DNA of 64,000 nt from Ignavibacteriota bacterium (GTDB taxonomy: Bacteria; Bacteroidota; Ignavibacteria; Palsa-1295). Position numbers and translations under genes: made by a program. The notes beneath the pieces are model-generated. The model was not told the origin of the DNA, made no database searches, and saw only the letters and a program-made list of their open reading frames with translations. Of the stretch, positions 36,634 to 47,164 are shown piece by piece. Position 1 is the stretch's first letter; each line of letters starts with the position of its first letter. The stretch covers positions 64,001 to 128,000 of the forward strand of contig CAWBEI010000002.1 in assembly GCA_963787835.1 (NCBI GenBank), given 5' to 3'.

Positions 36634-37040
36634 TAGCTTGGAATTCCTTCGTGAATTAATCGCTCCAATATTGCTTTGTTACCGGAAAGATGCAACAGTG
36701 TGGGAAGAACTTCATTTGAGATCCATTCGACGCGATTAAATTCCATGTTGGAAATTTCTCGGTTCCATTGCCGAACAAGAAAATAGGAGATGCCATAGGT
36801 CATTCCGTTGGAATATGTCGCAATCTCCGAATCCCATAATTCCGCGTCGGACATTTCGATCCCAAGTTCTTCGCGTAATTCGCGCTGAAGCGCATCCTGC
36901 GCGGTTTCACCGGCTTCAATTTTACCTCCAGGAAATTCCCAGTGTAAGGGATAGACTTTGTCTGTCCTTCGCTCCCCCATGAGGACTAAGCCATCCCGAA
37001 CCAACAGCGCAACAGCAACCCTCACTATCGCGTGGCTCAT
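36633..37040 (-). CDS. NUDIX hydrolase, MutT/NudG-like
   Basis: WEFPGGKIEAGETAQDALQRELREELGI Nudix box. Confidence 0.88.
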   Translation of the reverse strand: MSHAIVRVAVALLVRDGLVLMGERRTDKVYPLHWEFPGGKIEAGETAQDALQRELREELGIEMSDAELWDSEIATYSNGMTYGISYFLVRQWNREISNMEFNRVEWISNEVLPTLLHLSGNKAILERLIHEGIPS

Positions 37041-38296
37041 GCGAATCTCAATGCTTCAAGCGGCTGCATCTTTGCAGCGATACGTGCAGGGACCAGTGTC
37101 GCGGAAAGCGCAAGAACGAGCGAAATAACAGATACCAGAGCATAATGCTGCCATTCGATCGAAACCGGAACCGAGGACATAAAATAAATTTCCGAGCGCA
37201 GCTTAAAAAAATGAAAATACGATTCAGCAGAGCAAAGGATCAATCCAAGCAGATCTCCCAACAGAGTTCCGACAAGCGCGATCATCATACCCTGCGTGAT
37301 AAAGATTTGTGAAATTCCGGGAGTGCTTGCGCCCAGCGATTTCAGAATTCCAATAGATCGCGTTTTCTCGATCACGATCAGAAGCAGCGTAGAGATCATA
37401 TTGAATGCCGCGACAAGAATAATAAGTCCTAGAATGATAGGAATAGGTTTCTTTTGGAGGTCGATCCACGCAAAGATAGTGGGGTACACATCATACACGC
37501 TGCGCGCAATGTAAGGATAGAACAGCACGTGATTGAGCGAATCAGCAACCGGGCCCGATGCTTCGAGTGTTGGCGTTCGAATATCATATCCACTCACTTG
37601 CGTCGAACTGAAGCCGTTGAATATCTGAGCTGCGCGGAGGGTGGTATAGGCAAGCATATCATCATATTGAGACATGCCGGTTGCATAGGTTCCAACGATC
37701 CGGAACCGATGCAAATTAGCGAGAATGTCCTCGCGGGTTCGAAGCCGTTCGTTGAAACGGATCGCGGCGATATTCTTTCCTGTCCCCGTAAAGAGCTGCT
37801 TTGCCAACCCTGCACTGATAATAATGGGATCCACAGAATCCGGCAACGATTCAGCAAGCGCCTTGCCGGTGACCATGCGCTTCATCGCCAACACGGTCGT
37901 ATCCGATGGAAGAATACCCCTAAGTTCTACGCCAGCCACGCCACGCGGGGAGCGTAAAATTGCTTCATGTTCTACGAACGGGCTTAGTTGAGTGATTCCG
38001 TGAACTTTCTGCGTTAGGAACCGGGAAGTTCCTTTGTAATCCGGTAGCGGCCGGTTACCGTAGGAAGAGATCTCAACATTCGAGGTGAACCCGAGCACAT
38101 TCTCGGTCAGGGTTTTTTCAAAACCGCTAAGAATGGAAAGCGTGACGACCAACGCAGCGGTGCCAAGCATGATCCCTCCGGCAGAAATAAAAACAATTCC
38201 TGAGATCCATCGGCGTTTTGTTGCGCCATCCGCCCCCTCGCGCTCACTGCGCCGGGAAAGAAGATAACGGGCTGCTATGTAACGTGGGTAACGGAT
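37037..38296 (-). CDS. LolC/E-type lipoprotein-releasing ABC permease
   Basis: YIAARYL...GIMLGTAALVVTLSILSGF, VAAFNMIS, IGILKSLGA, PLEALR; family similarity extends upstream of ATG 38170 to an ATC at 38296. Confidence 0.85.
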   Translation of the reverse strand: MRYPRYIAARYLLSRRSEREGADGATKRRWISGIVFISAGGIMLGTAALVVTLSILSGFEKTLTENVLGFTSNVEISSYGNRPLPDYKGTSRFLTQKVHGITQLSPFVEHEAILRSPRGVAGVELRGILPSDTTVLAMKRMVTGKALAESLPDSVDPIIISAGLAKQLFTGTGKNIAAIRFNERLRTREDILANLHRFRIVGTYATGMSQYDDMLAYTTLRAAQIFNGFSSTQVSGYDIRTPTLEASGPVADSLNHVLFYPYIARSVYDVYPTIFAWIDLQKKPIPIILGLIILVAAFNMISTLLLIVIEKTRSIGILKSLGASTPGISQIFITQGMMIALVGTLLGDLLGLILCSAESYFHFFKLRSEIYFMSSVPVSIEWQHYALVSVISLVLALSATLVPARIAAKMQPLEALRFA

Positions 38297-38323
38297 GGGT
38301 GCGCTAGAGAATATGATCTAAAT

Positions 38324-39082
38324 CTATTCCTGATCGATACCGATAGTTCCGGTGGCCATCGGTCCGGTTGCCCTCAGCGTATAATAGGCGCCACTTTCGC
38401 AAAGCTGCACGGTTTGAAATGGAACTGGTGGCTGTGGGTTCGAGGGATCATCAATTCTCAAATAGAATGTGTGCTCGCCAGCCGGAATCAATGCATAATA
38501 ACTAAAATTGAACGCGGGAATGGATTGTGGTTTACCATTTGCAAAAAAAAGGGAATTACCTACTGCGCCCGTATCGACGAAAAATGGCCCCTCAGCATCG
38601 GCGATCCCATTGATCATCCTGAAATAGCAGTAGCCCGGAGGAGGAGGTGTAAATTTTTCAGAATCATAGCTTCGGACGAGTTCCAAGCTGCTATCGACAC
38701 CATTCGTAAGCAAGAACAGCCCGTAAGTGTTCATCGTCTGTCGAAGCGGAGGAATAGGTACCAATTTATACCCACCTAAGCTCGGAATGTTTGCGTAGAA
38801 AGTCGATGACGTATCCGGACGAATAGGAATGTAGGTGTTCGGGCAGGAATTTCGAGCGGTTGTGAATGGGGTAGAATCCGCCTGATAAAGATTGATCAAG
38901 GTGGCTACATTTCCCGGGAACATCGATACGAACCGAATCCAAGCCCGTCCGACCGTATCACGAACGGAATCCACAACGGTTAAAGAATCTACTTTTGTCG
39001 TCTCAACCGTCTTTGTACAGGAGTTCACCGAGATAATAACGATTATCCCAAATGCAAATGGCCACCAGCGATGAATCTTCAT
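38324..39082 (-). CDS. Putative lipoprotein with DUF4397-like beta domains
   Basis: Lipobox-like VNSC; WIRFVSM and YFRMING repeated modules. Confidence 0.65.
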   Translation of the reverse strand: MKIHRWWPFAFGIIVIISVNSCTKTVETTKVDSLTVVDSVRDTVGRAWIRFVSMFPGNVATLINLYQADSTPFTTARNSCPNTYIPIRPDTSSTFYANIPSLGGYKLVPIPPLRQTMNTYGLFLLTNGVDSSLELVRSYDSEKFTPPPPGYCYFRMINGIADAEGPFFVDTGAVGNSLFFANGKPQSIPAFNFSYYALIPAGEHTFYLRIDDPSNPQPPVPFQTVQLCESGAYYTLRATGPMATGTIGIDQE

Positions 39083-39172
39083 AATTACATAACACCGTTC
39101 TCGTGAAAAGATTTTGATGCTAATAATTATGGGATTTGTTGTGACTTTCTGGCTCTAACCTGTGTCTTATTA

Positions 39173-41272
39173 GTGATGCGTAGTCCAGAAAATCGGTTTT
39201 TGAGGATAGGATTGCTCGGATTCCTGATCGTGTTGAGCGTCCAGGCACTGATCGTGGGCAATGCTTTCGGCAATGTCCGGCTTGCTTTTGATTCGACCAG
39301 CCTGGATTTTGGCAATTTGGCCATCCTTGGCTCTCGAGAACTCGCGCTTGAAGTCTGGGATACGGCTACGGTAGATATCGAGATCGATAAGCTCTCAATA
39401 GCAGGTTCTGCTGCCGGTGATTTTAGTATCGTTTCCCCCACTCAATTTCCGGTCGTTCTGACACCCGGAGCTGTACCTACGCAGATCATCTTGAAATTCA
39501 AGCCTCCGGTGGTAGGGAGCCGGTCGGCACAACTTGCGATCGAAACCACGGATGGTTTGGTGACAATCCCGTTGCTTGGATATGGAGTAGCCGGTGCAAC
39601 GCTTTCGTGGTCCGTTCCAAGTATTGCCTTTGGGGCAATTCCTCCCGGTATTGCGCTCGACACCATTATTGAGCTATACTCTGAAGGCACGGATACTTCC
39701 GAGATCGACGAGCTTTTGGTAGCTTCCTCCGATAATTCCTTCACGGCCCAATTTGCTAATGGCATTACACCACCGATATTTTTAGCACCGGGAGATTCGG
39801 TGGCCGTGCAGATCGATTTTCAGGGACTCCCACTCGAAGGAACAAAGGACGCATCTTTGACAGCAATCGGTACCATGTTAAACAGCCCCACTTGCGATCT
39901 ATCGGGAGATGTTGAATTGGGATCGTTTGAGATCCTTCCATCACCAACCTTCGATTTTGGAGTGATGTATATTGGGCAAGTATTGGATACCACGATCAAG
40001 CTGGTCAACACTGGCAATGTGAGCTTAGAGTTTGAATCACTTAACCTTTCCCCTTCCGGTGAAGATTTCACCATTCGGAACCTTCCTCCACTTCCCTTTA
40101 CACTTCCGGTCGGGGACACATTGTTGATACCTATCGAAGTAAATCCTGGAATTTCAACCGGCCACCGCGCGCAATTGCAGGTGGTCTCGCAACAAGCGTT
40201 ACCCAATTTTATACCGGATAACCTCGTCGTTTCCGTAACAAACCCTCCGATCTCTGAACCATCGGCACAAACATTGTCCTATTATTGTGCAACGCGCGTT
40301 CCCATCTTTGATACCATACCGGTGGTCAACTCCGCATCACAAATCGTTGTACTATCAGGCGTGGAATCGAGCGATTCCTCTATTAGTCTTCATTCCAGTG
40401 TTTCCTTCCCAGATACCATTCCAGCGGGAGCCACACAGCCGATCGTTATACAGTTCGAACCCTCGGCATCCAGTTCGGACACACTTGTTCTTTCGATGCT
40501 CGGAGGATCGCAGGTAATGATCTCTGACTCATTGTTGCTTCAACCGTTGCCTACGAAAGCTAATACAGGCATTATTGGTGCTGCGGCTGCGGGATCGACA
40601 AACCAGCATATCGAAGTGAGCACCGTTAATGGGCTGGCATCCTTCGGTCTGGACTCGATCATCGTTCATATTGCAGTAGAGAATCCGAACGTAGCAACGA
40701 TCGACCCTTCTACAATACTATTGGCCCCTGGAATTGCAAATGCGATCATCGCTTCGATACAACCCGAGCCCGGTGGCTACGCAATTACGATCTCATCGAC
40801 ATCTCCTCTTGCGATCCCCGCAGGGAATTCGATCGTCGTGATGAATCTCAACCGATATGTCTCAAATACAGATTCAACCGGATTCACCGCTATGATCGAA
40901 ACTCCGGCACTTGATGGGTGTTTGGATTGGACAGCAGATACCGTCACAGTGAACGGCCCGATGATCTGTGGCAGCGCTACTCTTCAGGCCTTTCTTTCAC
41001 AGAACCCTCTGAATATCCTTGCATCCCTTCTTGAAAACCCTGTGTCCGGCCAGCGAGCCGATCTTTCCATCACTTCAAGCCAGACTTGCGATACCCACTA
41101 CGACTTGATCAATGCCCTTGGTGAAATTCGGTCCCAAGGCGCTCTTCATCTTGTGTCTGGATCGAACGAGTGCAATATTTCTTTTTCGGGATTTCCCGCT
41201 GGTATTTATACGTTTCGGCTCATCTCAGAACAAGGGCCGACCGTTACACTGCGATTAGTGAAAATCAATTGA
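39173..41272 (+). CDS. Secreted protein with multiple ASH/choice-of-anchor-D domains and a T9SS CTD
   Basis: Repeated LDFG/IAFG/FDFG Ig modules; ENP...NALG...PAGIYTFRL...LVKIN. Confidence 0.8.
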   Translation: MMRSPENRFLRIGLLGFLIVLSVQALIVGNAFGNVRLAFDSTSLDFGNLAILGSRELALEVWDTATVDIEIDKLSIAGSAAGDFSIVSPTQFPVVLTPGAVPTQIILKFKPPVVGSRSAQLAIETTDGLVTIPLLGYGVAGATLSWSVPSIAFGAIPPGIALDTIIELYSEGTDTSEIDELLVASSDNSFTAQFANGITPPIFLAPGDSVAVQIDFQGLPLEGTKDASLTAIGTMLNSPTCDLSGDVELGSFEILPSPTFDFGVMYIGQVLDTTIKLVNTGNVSLEFESLNLSPSGEDFTIRNLPPLPFTLPVGDTLLIPIEVNPGISTGHRAQLQVVSQQALPNFIPDNLVVSVTNPPISEPSAQTLSYYCATRVPIFDTIPVVNSASQIVVLSGVESSDSSISLHSSVSFPDTIPAGATQPIVIQFEPSASSSDTLVLSMLGGSQVMISDSLLLQPLPTKANTGIIGAAAAGSTNQHIEVSTVNGLASFGLDSIIVHIAVENPNVATIDPSTILLAPGIANAIIASIQPEPGGYAITISSTSPLAIPAGNSIVVMNLNRYVSNTDSTGFTAMIETPALDGCLDWTADTVTVNGPMICGSATLQAFLSQNPLNILASLLENPVSGQRADLSITSSQTCDTHYDLINALGEIRSQGALHLVSGSNECNISFSGFPAGIYTFRLISEQGPTVTLRLVKIN

Positions 41273-41311
41273 GCCCTCCTTTACGACCAATAGATAGCCC
41301 CGTTTGAAGGG

Positions 41312-41902
41312 ATGGAACAATTTACCGTTCAGGATATTCGCCGGGATCTTCGTGTGCGTTTACTGCGAGAGCGCGATGCGCTATCTACGGAAATGCGTCA
41401 TCGCCTGAGCCAAACGATCACGGAACGATTGTGGAGCTATCTCCATGAAAAGCACTGCCGATCCTTTCATTGTTATATCAGCTTTCGATCTGAAGTAGAA
41501 ACGCAGCCATTCATTATACGATCGCTGGAAGATGGACTACGTGTAACAGTTCCTATTGTCCAATTGGACGGAGAGAATCGCTCCCTTGCCCATTCGGAAA
41601 TCCACAGCCTTTCTGATCTGGCGGGTGGTGCATTTGGCCTCCAAGAGCCCGTCGAGCGAATTCCAGCGCGGCTCGATCTGTTGGATATGGTGATCGTACC
41701 GTTAGTTGGATTCGATCGAAGAGGAACTCGGCTTGGGTATGGCATGGGTTTCTACGATGCGTTCCTGCGCGAACTACCCCGAACAACCGAACGCATAGGC
41801 CTGGCCTTCGGAATCCAGGAAGCGGATCTCATCCCTCTACTGCCGCACGATGAACCGCTCGATACGATCATCACGGAACACGAAATAATCCACGTTCACT
41901 GA
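41312..41902 (+). CDS. 5-formyltetrahydrofolate cyclo-ligase
   Basis: VPLVGFDRRGTRLGYGMGFYD, PHDEPLD.IITE. Confidence 0.93.
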   Translation: MEQFTVQDIRRDLRVRLLRERDALSTEMRHRLSQTITERLWSYLHEKHCRSFHCYISFRSEVETQPFIIRSLEDGLRVTVPIVQLDGENRSLAHSEIHSLSDLAGGAFGLQEPVERIPARLDLLDMVIVPLVGFDRRGTRLGYGMGFYDAFLRELPRTTERIGLAFGIQEADLIPLLPHDEPLDTIITEHEIIHVH

Positions 41903-41904
41903 AT

Positions 41905-43173
41905 TTGCGAATTTTATTCAGACCTCGCTCCGGCCGCACGATCTGCGGTGTCGCAACAGGGCTTGCCGAACGCTATGGTGTTCCAACTGCTGCTGTGCGT
42001 GCCGCATTTATTGCGGCGTTCTTCGCTTCCCCATTTGCGATCCTTGCCTATTTACTTCTCACGCTTTCCATGCCATCGGAAATAACTGTGGCAGGAACAC
42101 TGCGGCTCGCGCCATCCGATCGCTCACGCTCACCCCGGGATCGATTTGAGCATCTATCACAATTGCTTGTTGATCGTCTGCTTGAACAATCCCCTTCACG
42201 CTTATTACCCGGCTATCTTCTCTCTATCTGGCTTCTTCTATTTGCGGTGCTTCTCGAACTTCCTCGCATGGGCAGCGGTGGAGCTTATGTTGCCCATTCT
42301 TACGCGGGGACTCTCATCAGCAATCTTTCATTCTATGGAACTCCCCTTTTCTACCTCAGCATAGCAGCGTTGCTCTTATTCGACTGGAAGAGATCGGAAC
42401 ATACCATTGCATTGGAAGTGCCCACTCGTAAAAAATTTACTTGTGAGCAGGGACCTTCGAAAATGATAGGGGGTGTTGCTGTGGGTATCTCGGAGGTACT
42501 TGGTTTAGAACCCGCCTACATTCGAATCCTGTTGATTCTTTTGAATATTCTCACCATGGGTCTTGCCGGGGCTGCATATCTCATGATGTGGTATCTTTAT
42601 CGGCGCAAGAACGAAGCGGATATTGAGTTGGTCGCCATTGATGATTCATACTCACCGGAACGATCGCTTCGCATCTTTCGGATCTGCCTCGGGGTCTTAT
42701 TTATTCTCCTTGCGGGCGCGCATAGTGTAACGCGATCTCGGCTCTTTTTCTTTAATGAGGCGATCCTTCAAGGTTCCATGATGTGCCTGACTGGTATCGC
42801 ACTGGTCTGGAGCGGCCTTCGCACGAACCGCAAACAAGTCAAGCTTTGGGTTGTAGGAGGGGCTTTTGTCTTTTTTTCAGGCGTGTATGAGCTTGTTACT
42901 ACCATTGCACACCTACACATCGCTAACGTCGAGAGCTTCGAAGTTGCGGAGATCCTAATTGCACTATCGCTCATCTACTTCGCCTTGGTATCGCTCCAGG
43001 GATATGCACGGTGGTTAGGGCTTGGACTGGCAGGCGTATTCACCCTTTCGACTACCTTGATCTCGACTCATTTTATCCCATCCATTTACCTCGCGGAACT
43101 CCTGCGGTTCTATGATTTCTTTTACCCCCTGATCTTTGCAGGCCTTGGGATTTGGACCCTGTTTGATCGATGA
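41905..43173 (+). CDS. Membrane protein with two PspC domains
   Basis: LFRPRSGRTICGVATGLAE and KMIGGVAVGISE...RIL; multiple TM segments. Confidence 0.75.
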   Translation: MRILFRPRSGRTICGVATGLAERYGVPTAAVRAAFIAAFFASPFAILAYLLLTLSMPSEITVAGTLRLAPSDRSRSPRDRFEHLSQLLVDRLLEQSPSRLLPGYLLSIWLLLFAVLLELPRMGSGGAYVAHSYAGTLISNLSFYGTPLFYLSIAALLLFDWKRSEHTIALEVPTRKKFTCEQGPSKMIGGVAVGISEVLGLEPAYIRILLILLNILTMGLAGAAYLMMWYLYRRKNEADIELVAIDDSYSPERSLRIFRICLGVLFILLAGAHSVTRSRLFFFNEAILQGSMMCLTGIALVWSGLRTNRKQVKLWVVGGAFVFFSGVYELVTTIAHLHIANVESFEVAEILIALSLIYFALVSLQGYARWLGLGLAGVFTLSTTLISTHFIPSIYLAELLRFYDFFYPLIFAGLGIWTLFDR

Positions 43174-43174
43174 A

Positions 43175-43981
43175 CTAAATTCCGTAGCCCTCTGGCGGCC
43201 GGTCCGAGATGATGTTGTTGAACACGTTGATCTGTTTATCTTTTGCCTTCGAAAGATCCACATCTACAGTAATAATTTCCTCATCCTGTTCTGAAGCAAC
43301 AGACAGCACCTCCCCGTTCATGCCAATGATAGCGCTCTCGCCTCTGAATTGAAGGGTTTCCCCACTGTTTGTTTCTAAACCCGTCCGGTCGGCAAAGGCA
43401 AGTCCTACTTTATTTTCGAATGCGCGGGTTCGGAGCGTGACATGCAGCAACCCGGTAGTTGTCACGATATTCGATGGGATCGCAATTAACGCTGCGCCAT
43501 TCAGGGCCAGTTTGCGGGCTGCTTCCGGGAAACGCCAATCATAGCAAATTAACATTCCCATATCCACGCTATTCGAACGGGTCGCTAAGGAAAAAATGGG
43601 AAACCCCAAATCGCCTTTTGCGAAGATCTGAGTTTCATAATAAAAAAGATGAACTTTGCGATAATGCCCAACAAGCTGGCCGTTCGCATCGAAGGCGAGA
43701 GCCGTATTATAGAACGTTCCGTTCGATTCTTCGAGGAACCCTGTAACAATAGCCTTTCTCTCCTCATGTGCAAGCCTGCTTAGAGCCGCACAAGTCTGAC
43801 CATGTATCGATTCCGCTAGCGGTGCAATCTCGGTCTTACTTTTAAAGAAATACCCCGTTAAGCAAAGTTCCGGAAATATGACGATGTCGCCCTCAGCATG
43901 TTTTGCGAAAAGACGCATTCGATCCAGGTTACCCTTGACATCGCCATAGGCCGGAGTAAACTGCACACAGGATATCTTCAT
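43175..43981 (-). CDS. Carbon-nitrogen hydrolase (nitrilase superfamily)
   Basis: FPELCLTGY, YRKVHL, ICYDWRFPE, RAFEN. Confidence 0.92.
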   Translation of the reverse strand: MKISCVQFTPAYGDVKGNLDRMRLFAKHAEGDIVIFPELCLTGYFFKSKTEIAPLAESIHGQTCAALSRLAHEERKAIVTGFLEESNGTFYNTALAFDANGQLVGHYRKVHLFYYETQIFAKGDLGFPIFSLATRSNSVDMGMLICYDWRFPEAARKLALNGAALIAIPSNIVTTTGLLHVTLRTRAFENKVGLAFADRTGLETNSGETLQFRGESAIIGMNGEVLSVASEQDEEIITVDVDLSKAKDKQINVFNNIISDRPPEGYGI

Positions 43982-43989
43982 AAACTATT

Positions 43990-46086
43990 TTAAAAGGTAA
44001 GCGTCGTCGTCAAGGTGATGTTGATAAGGGTATAGCTATAAAGCGGTTCGGTCGAAACAACGTCCGCTAACTCGAGCTTTGCTTCCAATAAAAGGCCATT
44101 GAATACGCCGATCCATCGGTTCTCAAATGGAAAAAGTTTGGAGAGAGATGCGTTCAAAAATTCACCATTTTCGGTGCGGCTGCTGTCGCCATAGAGTACA
44201 GCTCCCTTTGGTCCTACGGCTGCCCCATAGAGGCGGTGTTCATACGAAAGATCGAGGCCGAAATCGAGATCTGCAAAAATTCGGGCATTCGAAAAAATGG
44301 AGTATCGGCTTAAATTGTAGGTGTATTCATCATCTGCGAGTTGGGCTGCGGCGCGGACTTTCTTGGTAGCAAGTTGGGCATTCGTTACATAGGCTCGAAG
44401 ATTCGGGTTATAATTAAAATCCATGAGAGCGCCAAGCACCCAACGCTCGCCAAGGAATTCCGCGATTCCAAGCCCATACGAATATTGCTGAAAATTAGAG
44501 GCGGCAGTTCGTGTAACTAATTTTTTTATATCTTTGATCACCGGTTTAATGCTAATGATCTTCCCTTTGGCACCTCGAGTAGTATCATAACCCGTGGTAT
44601 CATATCTAACCAATTGAGAGTCCGAGACAATAAGCGGATCAAGATATTGCCGGAATCCAACCGCAGCCTCGCCGATCAGGGCCGTCGTTTTCCCTAACGC
44701 CAGCCGAGGGGTTATGGTAAAACGATTTTCTGTGCTTGCATAGACAGAGTCGAACGGAAAATTGTCCAAGGTATAATCGTAGCTGCCACGAAAACTAAAG
44801 TTCGTGCTGCTTAGTCCCTCGATGGCGCCACCGAACGTCAGCGTCTTATTATCATTAGGGTTCCCGCCATAATTTCCTCCGAACAAGATCGTATCTGCCG
44901 GTGAATAATGTACTCCGGCATGATTGGTGTAGGCCACGGGGATCGTGAGCGCTGCAGCCATCGTGGTTGCTCCAGAATCCTCCACATCCTCGTGAATAAT
45001 TGCATCGTTATATCCGAACATTCTCAACCGGGTGCTCGATGTCAGAAGTGTGACGTTCGAGGCAGAAGGAGTGGCCGGTTCAGCCGCGGGAATGGTGGTT
45101 TGAACAGAGGCAAGTGAATGAATGAGTTGCTTGGACTCAACGCTCGTTCCAGGAGGTGCGCTGGGGGTCGGGGCTGTCGGAAGGAAATCTGTTTCAGGTT
45201 TGGCCTTCTGGAGTGCGTGAATAGCCACATCCAGCAATACAGTATCGGTGTGAAAAGGTTTGGTTTGGGGCATTAGCCCGAGAAGTGGCCCGCGTACCCC
45301 TTGCAACTCTGCAACAACCACTTCCGCCGTACTCTCGCTATACCCTGCCGAATCGAGAAGATCCGCGATCGTGGAAATAACCTCCGAAATGGAATCGCGA
45401 AGGTCTTCAAGCTCCGACACACGGTCTTTCGAGATCCCCTTCGGCGAGATGTCGGTTGAATCAAGCTCTCCACTCAGCGTATAGAGAGCAGTCACCGCAA
45501 CATCGACCAAGGAATCGTTTTTGGATTGTGCGCTCGGTGATGCGGGATGCACAGGAGCAAATTCACGCGTCGAGAACGGCCCCACGGATTCCGCCATTCT
45601 TTCAGCAGCTTGTATCGCCCGCTCCATCCTCATGAGATGCGAAGGATGCGCTATTTTCGGTTCTGCATCGCTGTTTTCTTGTTCTTCCGACGTAATCGCT
45701 TCCTGATTCGAAAGATAAAACACGCCCGTTGCCCCGATCGATGTTTCATTGAAACTCAAGCCCGGATTGAGATTATAAAAATTTGGCGAATAGGAGCCCG
45801 TCAGGGAAATGGTCGAGACGCCCGATAGATGAACGTCATAATTGAGTTGGAACGCCGGAAGGAGAATTTGATCGGGAGCGATGGTGTCGAGGCTTTGCAC
45901 GTTGTTGGTAGCCTGTCCGCCTAAGGAGATCGAACCGCTGAGCATCGTTGGTGAAGACGACTGCGCGCGCGACATGCTCGCGATCCCTAACGCGAAACAT
46001 ATCGTGCCAAGCGATACTACCGCCCGGAAGGATCTTTGAAGCAACGAATTCAACGTCCAGGAAAGAAGGTAATTCGGGGAAACCAA
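43990..46086 (-). CDS. Hypothetical outer-membrane beta-barrel protein with a large insertion
   Basis: Signal peptide, alternating-residue beta strands, terminal ...ITLTTTLTF. Confidence 0.55.
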   Translation of the reverse strand: MVSPNYLLSWTLNSLLQRSFRAVVSLGTICFALGIASMSRAQSSSPTMLSGSISLGGQATNNVQSLDTIAPDQILLPAFQLNYDVHLSGVSTISLTGSYSPNFYNLNPGLSFNETSIGATGVFYLSNQEAITSEEQENSDAEPKIAHPSHLMRMERAIQAAERMAESVGPFSTREFAPVHPASPSAQSKNDSLVDVAVTALYTLSGELDSTDISPKGISKDRVSELEDLRDSISEVISTIADLLDSAGYSESTAEVVVAELQGVRGPLLGLMPQTKPFHTDTVLLDVAIHALQKAKPETDFLPTAPTPSAPPGTSVESKQLIHSLASVQTTIPAAEPATPSASNVTLLTSSTRLRMFGYNDAIIHEDVEDSGATTMAAALTIPVAYTNHAGVHYSPADTILFGGNYGGNPNDNKTLTFGGAIEGLSSTNFSFRGSYDYTLDNFPFDSVYASTENRFTITPRLALGKTTALIGEAAVGFRQYLDPLIVSDSQLVRYDTTGYDTTRGAKGKIISIKPVIKDIKKLVTRTAASNFQQYSYGLGIAEFLGERWVLGALMDFNYNPNLRAYVTNAQLATKKVRAAAQLADDEYTYNLSRYSIFSNARIFADLDFGLDLSYEHRLYGAAVGPKGAVLYGDSSRTENGEFLNASLSKLFPFENRWIGVFNGLLLEAKLELADVVSTEPLYSYTLINITLTTTLTF

Positions 46087-46089
46087 ACA

Positions 46090-46860
46090 TCAGGAAAAAT
46101 GGAGCAGCGCTTGATAGAGTGGGCCATAACTGGCTGGGTCCACTACGCTGAAGAGCCAGTATAACCCCCACATCGCACCTCCGATGGAAATGGGAACCGC
46201 AAAATTGTCATCTAAATGCAAGGACACGCTCGCGGCCTCTGCAAAACCTCCAACAATGGCGGCTATGCCTCCAATAACATACTCGATCGTGAGCGGTCCT
46301 GCTTTTGGAGTAATCATCACGACGATCCATGCTGTTACAATGAATGCAAAGGTACCCTCCAGGCTCTTATCGAAAAAACGATGCTTACCAAACGCACGAC
46401 CAAACAGCGCGCTCGAACTGTCCGATAGGATCAGGATCGAAAACGCCGTAACAGTGATCAACTTTGGAAAGACCGTTACGCAGATGAGCGCACTCACCAG
46501 CACATATGTAGCCCCGCTCAGCAATCCGGCACGGCGCTCATGCGGGCGGAGGATACGATCGAACAACTGCTCGACCATCCGATGAATAAAGGGAACATAG
46601 TGACGCCCTACATCGATAAAGATCGATAGAAGCGTCATTGGCAAGAGCAACGTTAACGCCATACCACGAGGTACGTAGTAATACATGATCGGGATCGTCA
46701 GCGATCCTAAGTGAATGCTCTTCCGAATGAGTTCGCTGGTAAATGAGATCTGGTCTTCCGAACGTGACTCTATGGCAGCAGACTTTAATGTGCCATTGGG
46801 CCCCGATGGAAATCCCACGGCAAGGTTTTCACGATTTTTTATGGTCGTTTGGGTGTTCAC
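46090..46860 (-). CDS. Dolichol/phytol kinase-like polyprenol kinase
   Basis: RKSIHL, DSSSALFGR.FG, KSLEGT, DDNFAVP. Confidence 0.85.
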   Translation of the reverse strand: MNTQTTIKNRENLAVGFPSGPNGTLKSAAIESRSEDQISFTSELIRKSIHLGSLTIPIMYYYVPRGMALTLLLPMTLLSIFIDVGRHYVPFIHRMVEQLFDRILRPHERRAGLLSGATYVLVSALICVTVFPKLITVTAFSILILSDSSSALFGRAFGKHRFFDKSLEGTFAFIVTAWIVVMITPKAGPLTIEYVIGGIAAIVGGFAEAASVSLHLDDNFAVPISIGGAMWGLYWLFSVVDPASYGPLYQALLHFS

Positions 46861-47164
46861 GTTCTACAAAAATACTCCATAAAAGCCTTATAACATACAA
46901 TAACCTAAAATCTTGAGGCACTTTAGGTTCAATTTCTACCAGCCTTTCGCGATTCCAAAGGCTAAAATACGGATTTCGAAAATCAGCATTACAATAAAGT
47001 AACAGCCAAATTCGTCAGTTTATTCGTTTGGCACGCTACATGTCGTTTTTGGCGTAACAAAATTGTTCTTTTCCGTCTAATGTTTCATTCGGCAACCGGT
47101 GCTTAATGGAAATAGGCTTTTCTTCAGTTTCTAAGCTATTTATTCCCGAGAATTGATACGTTTT

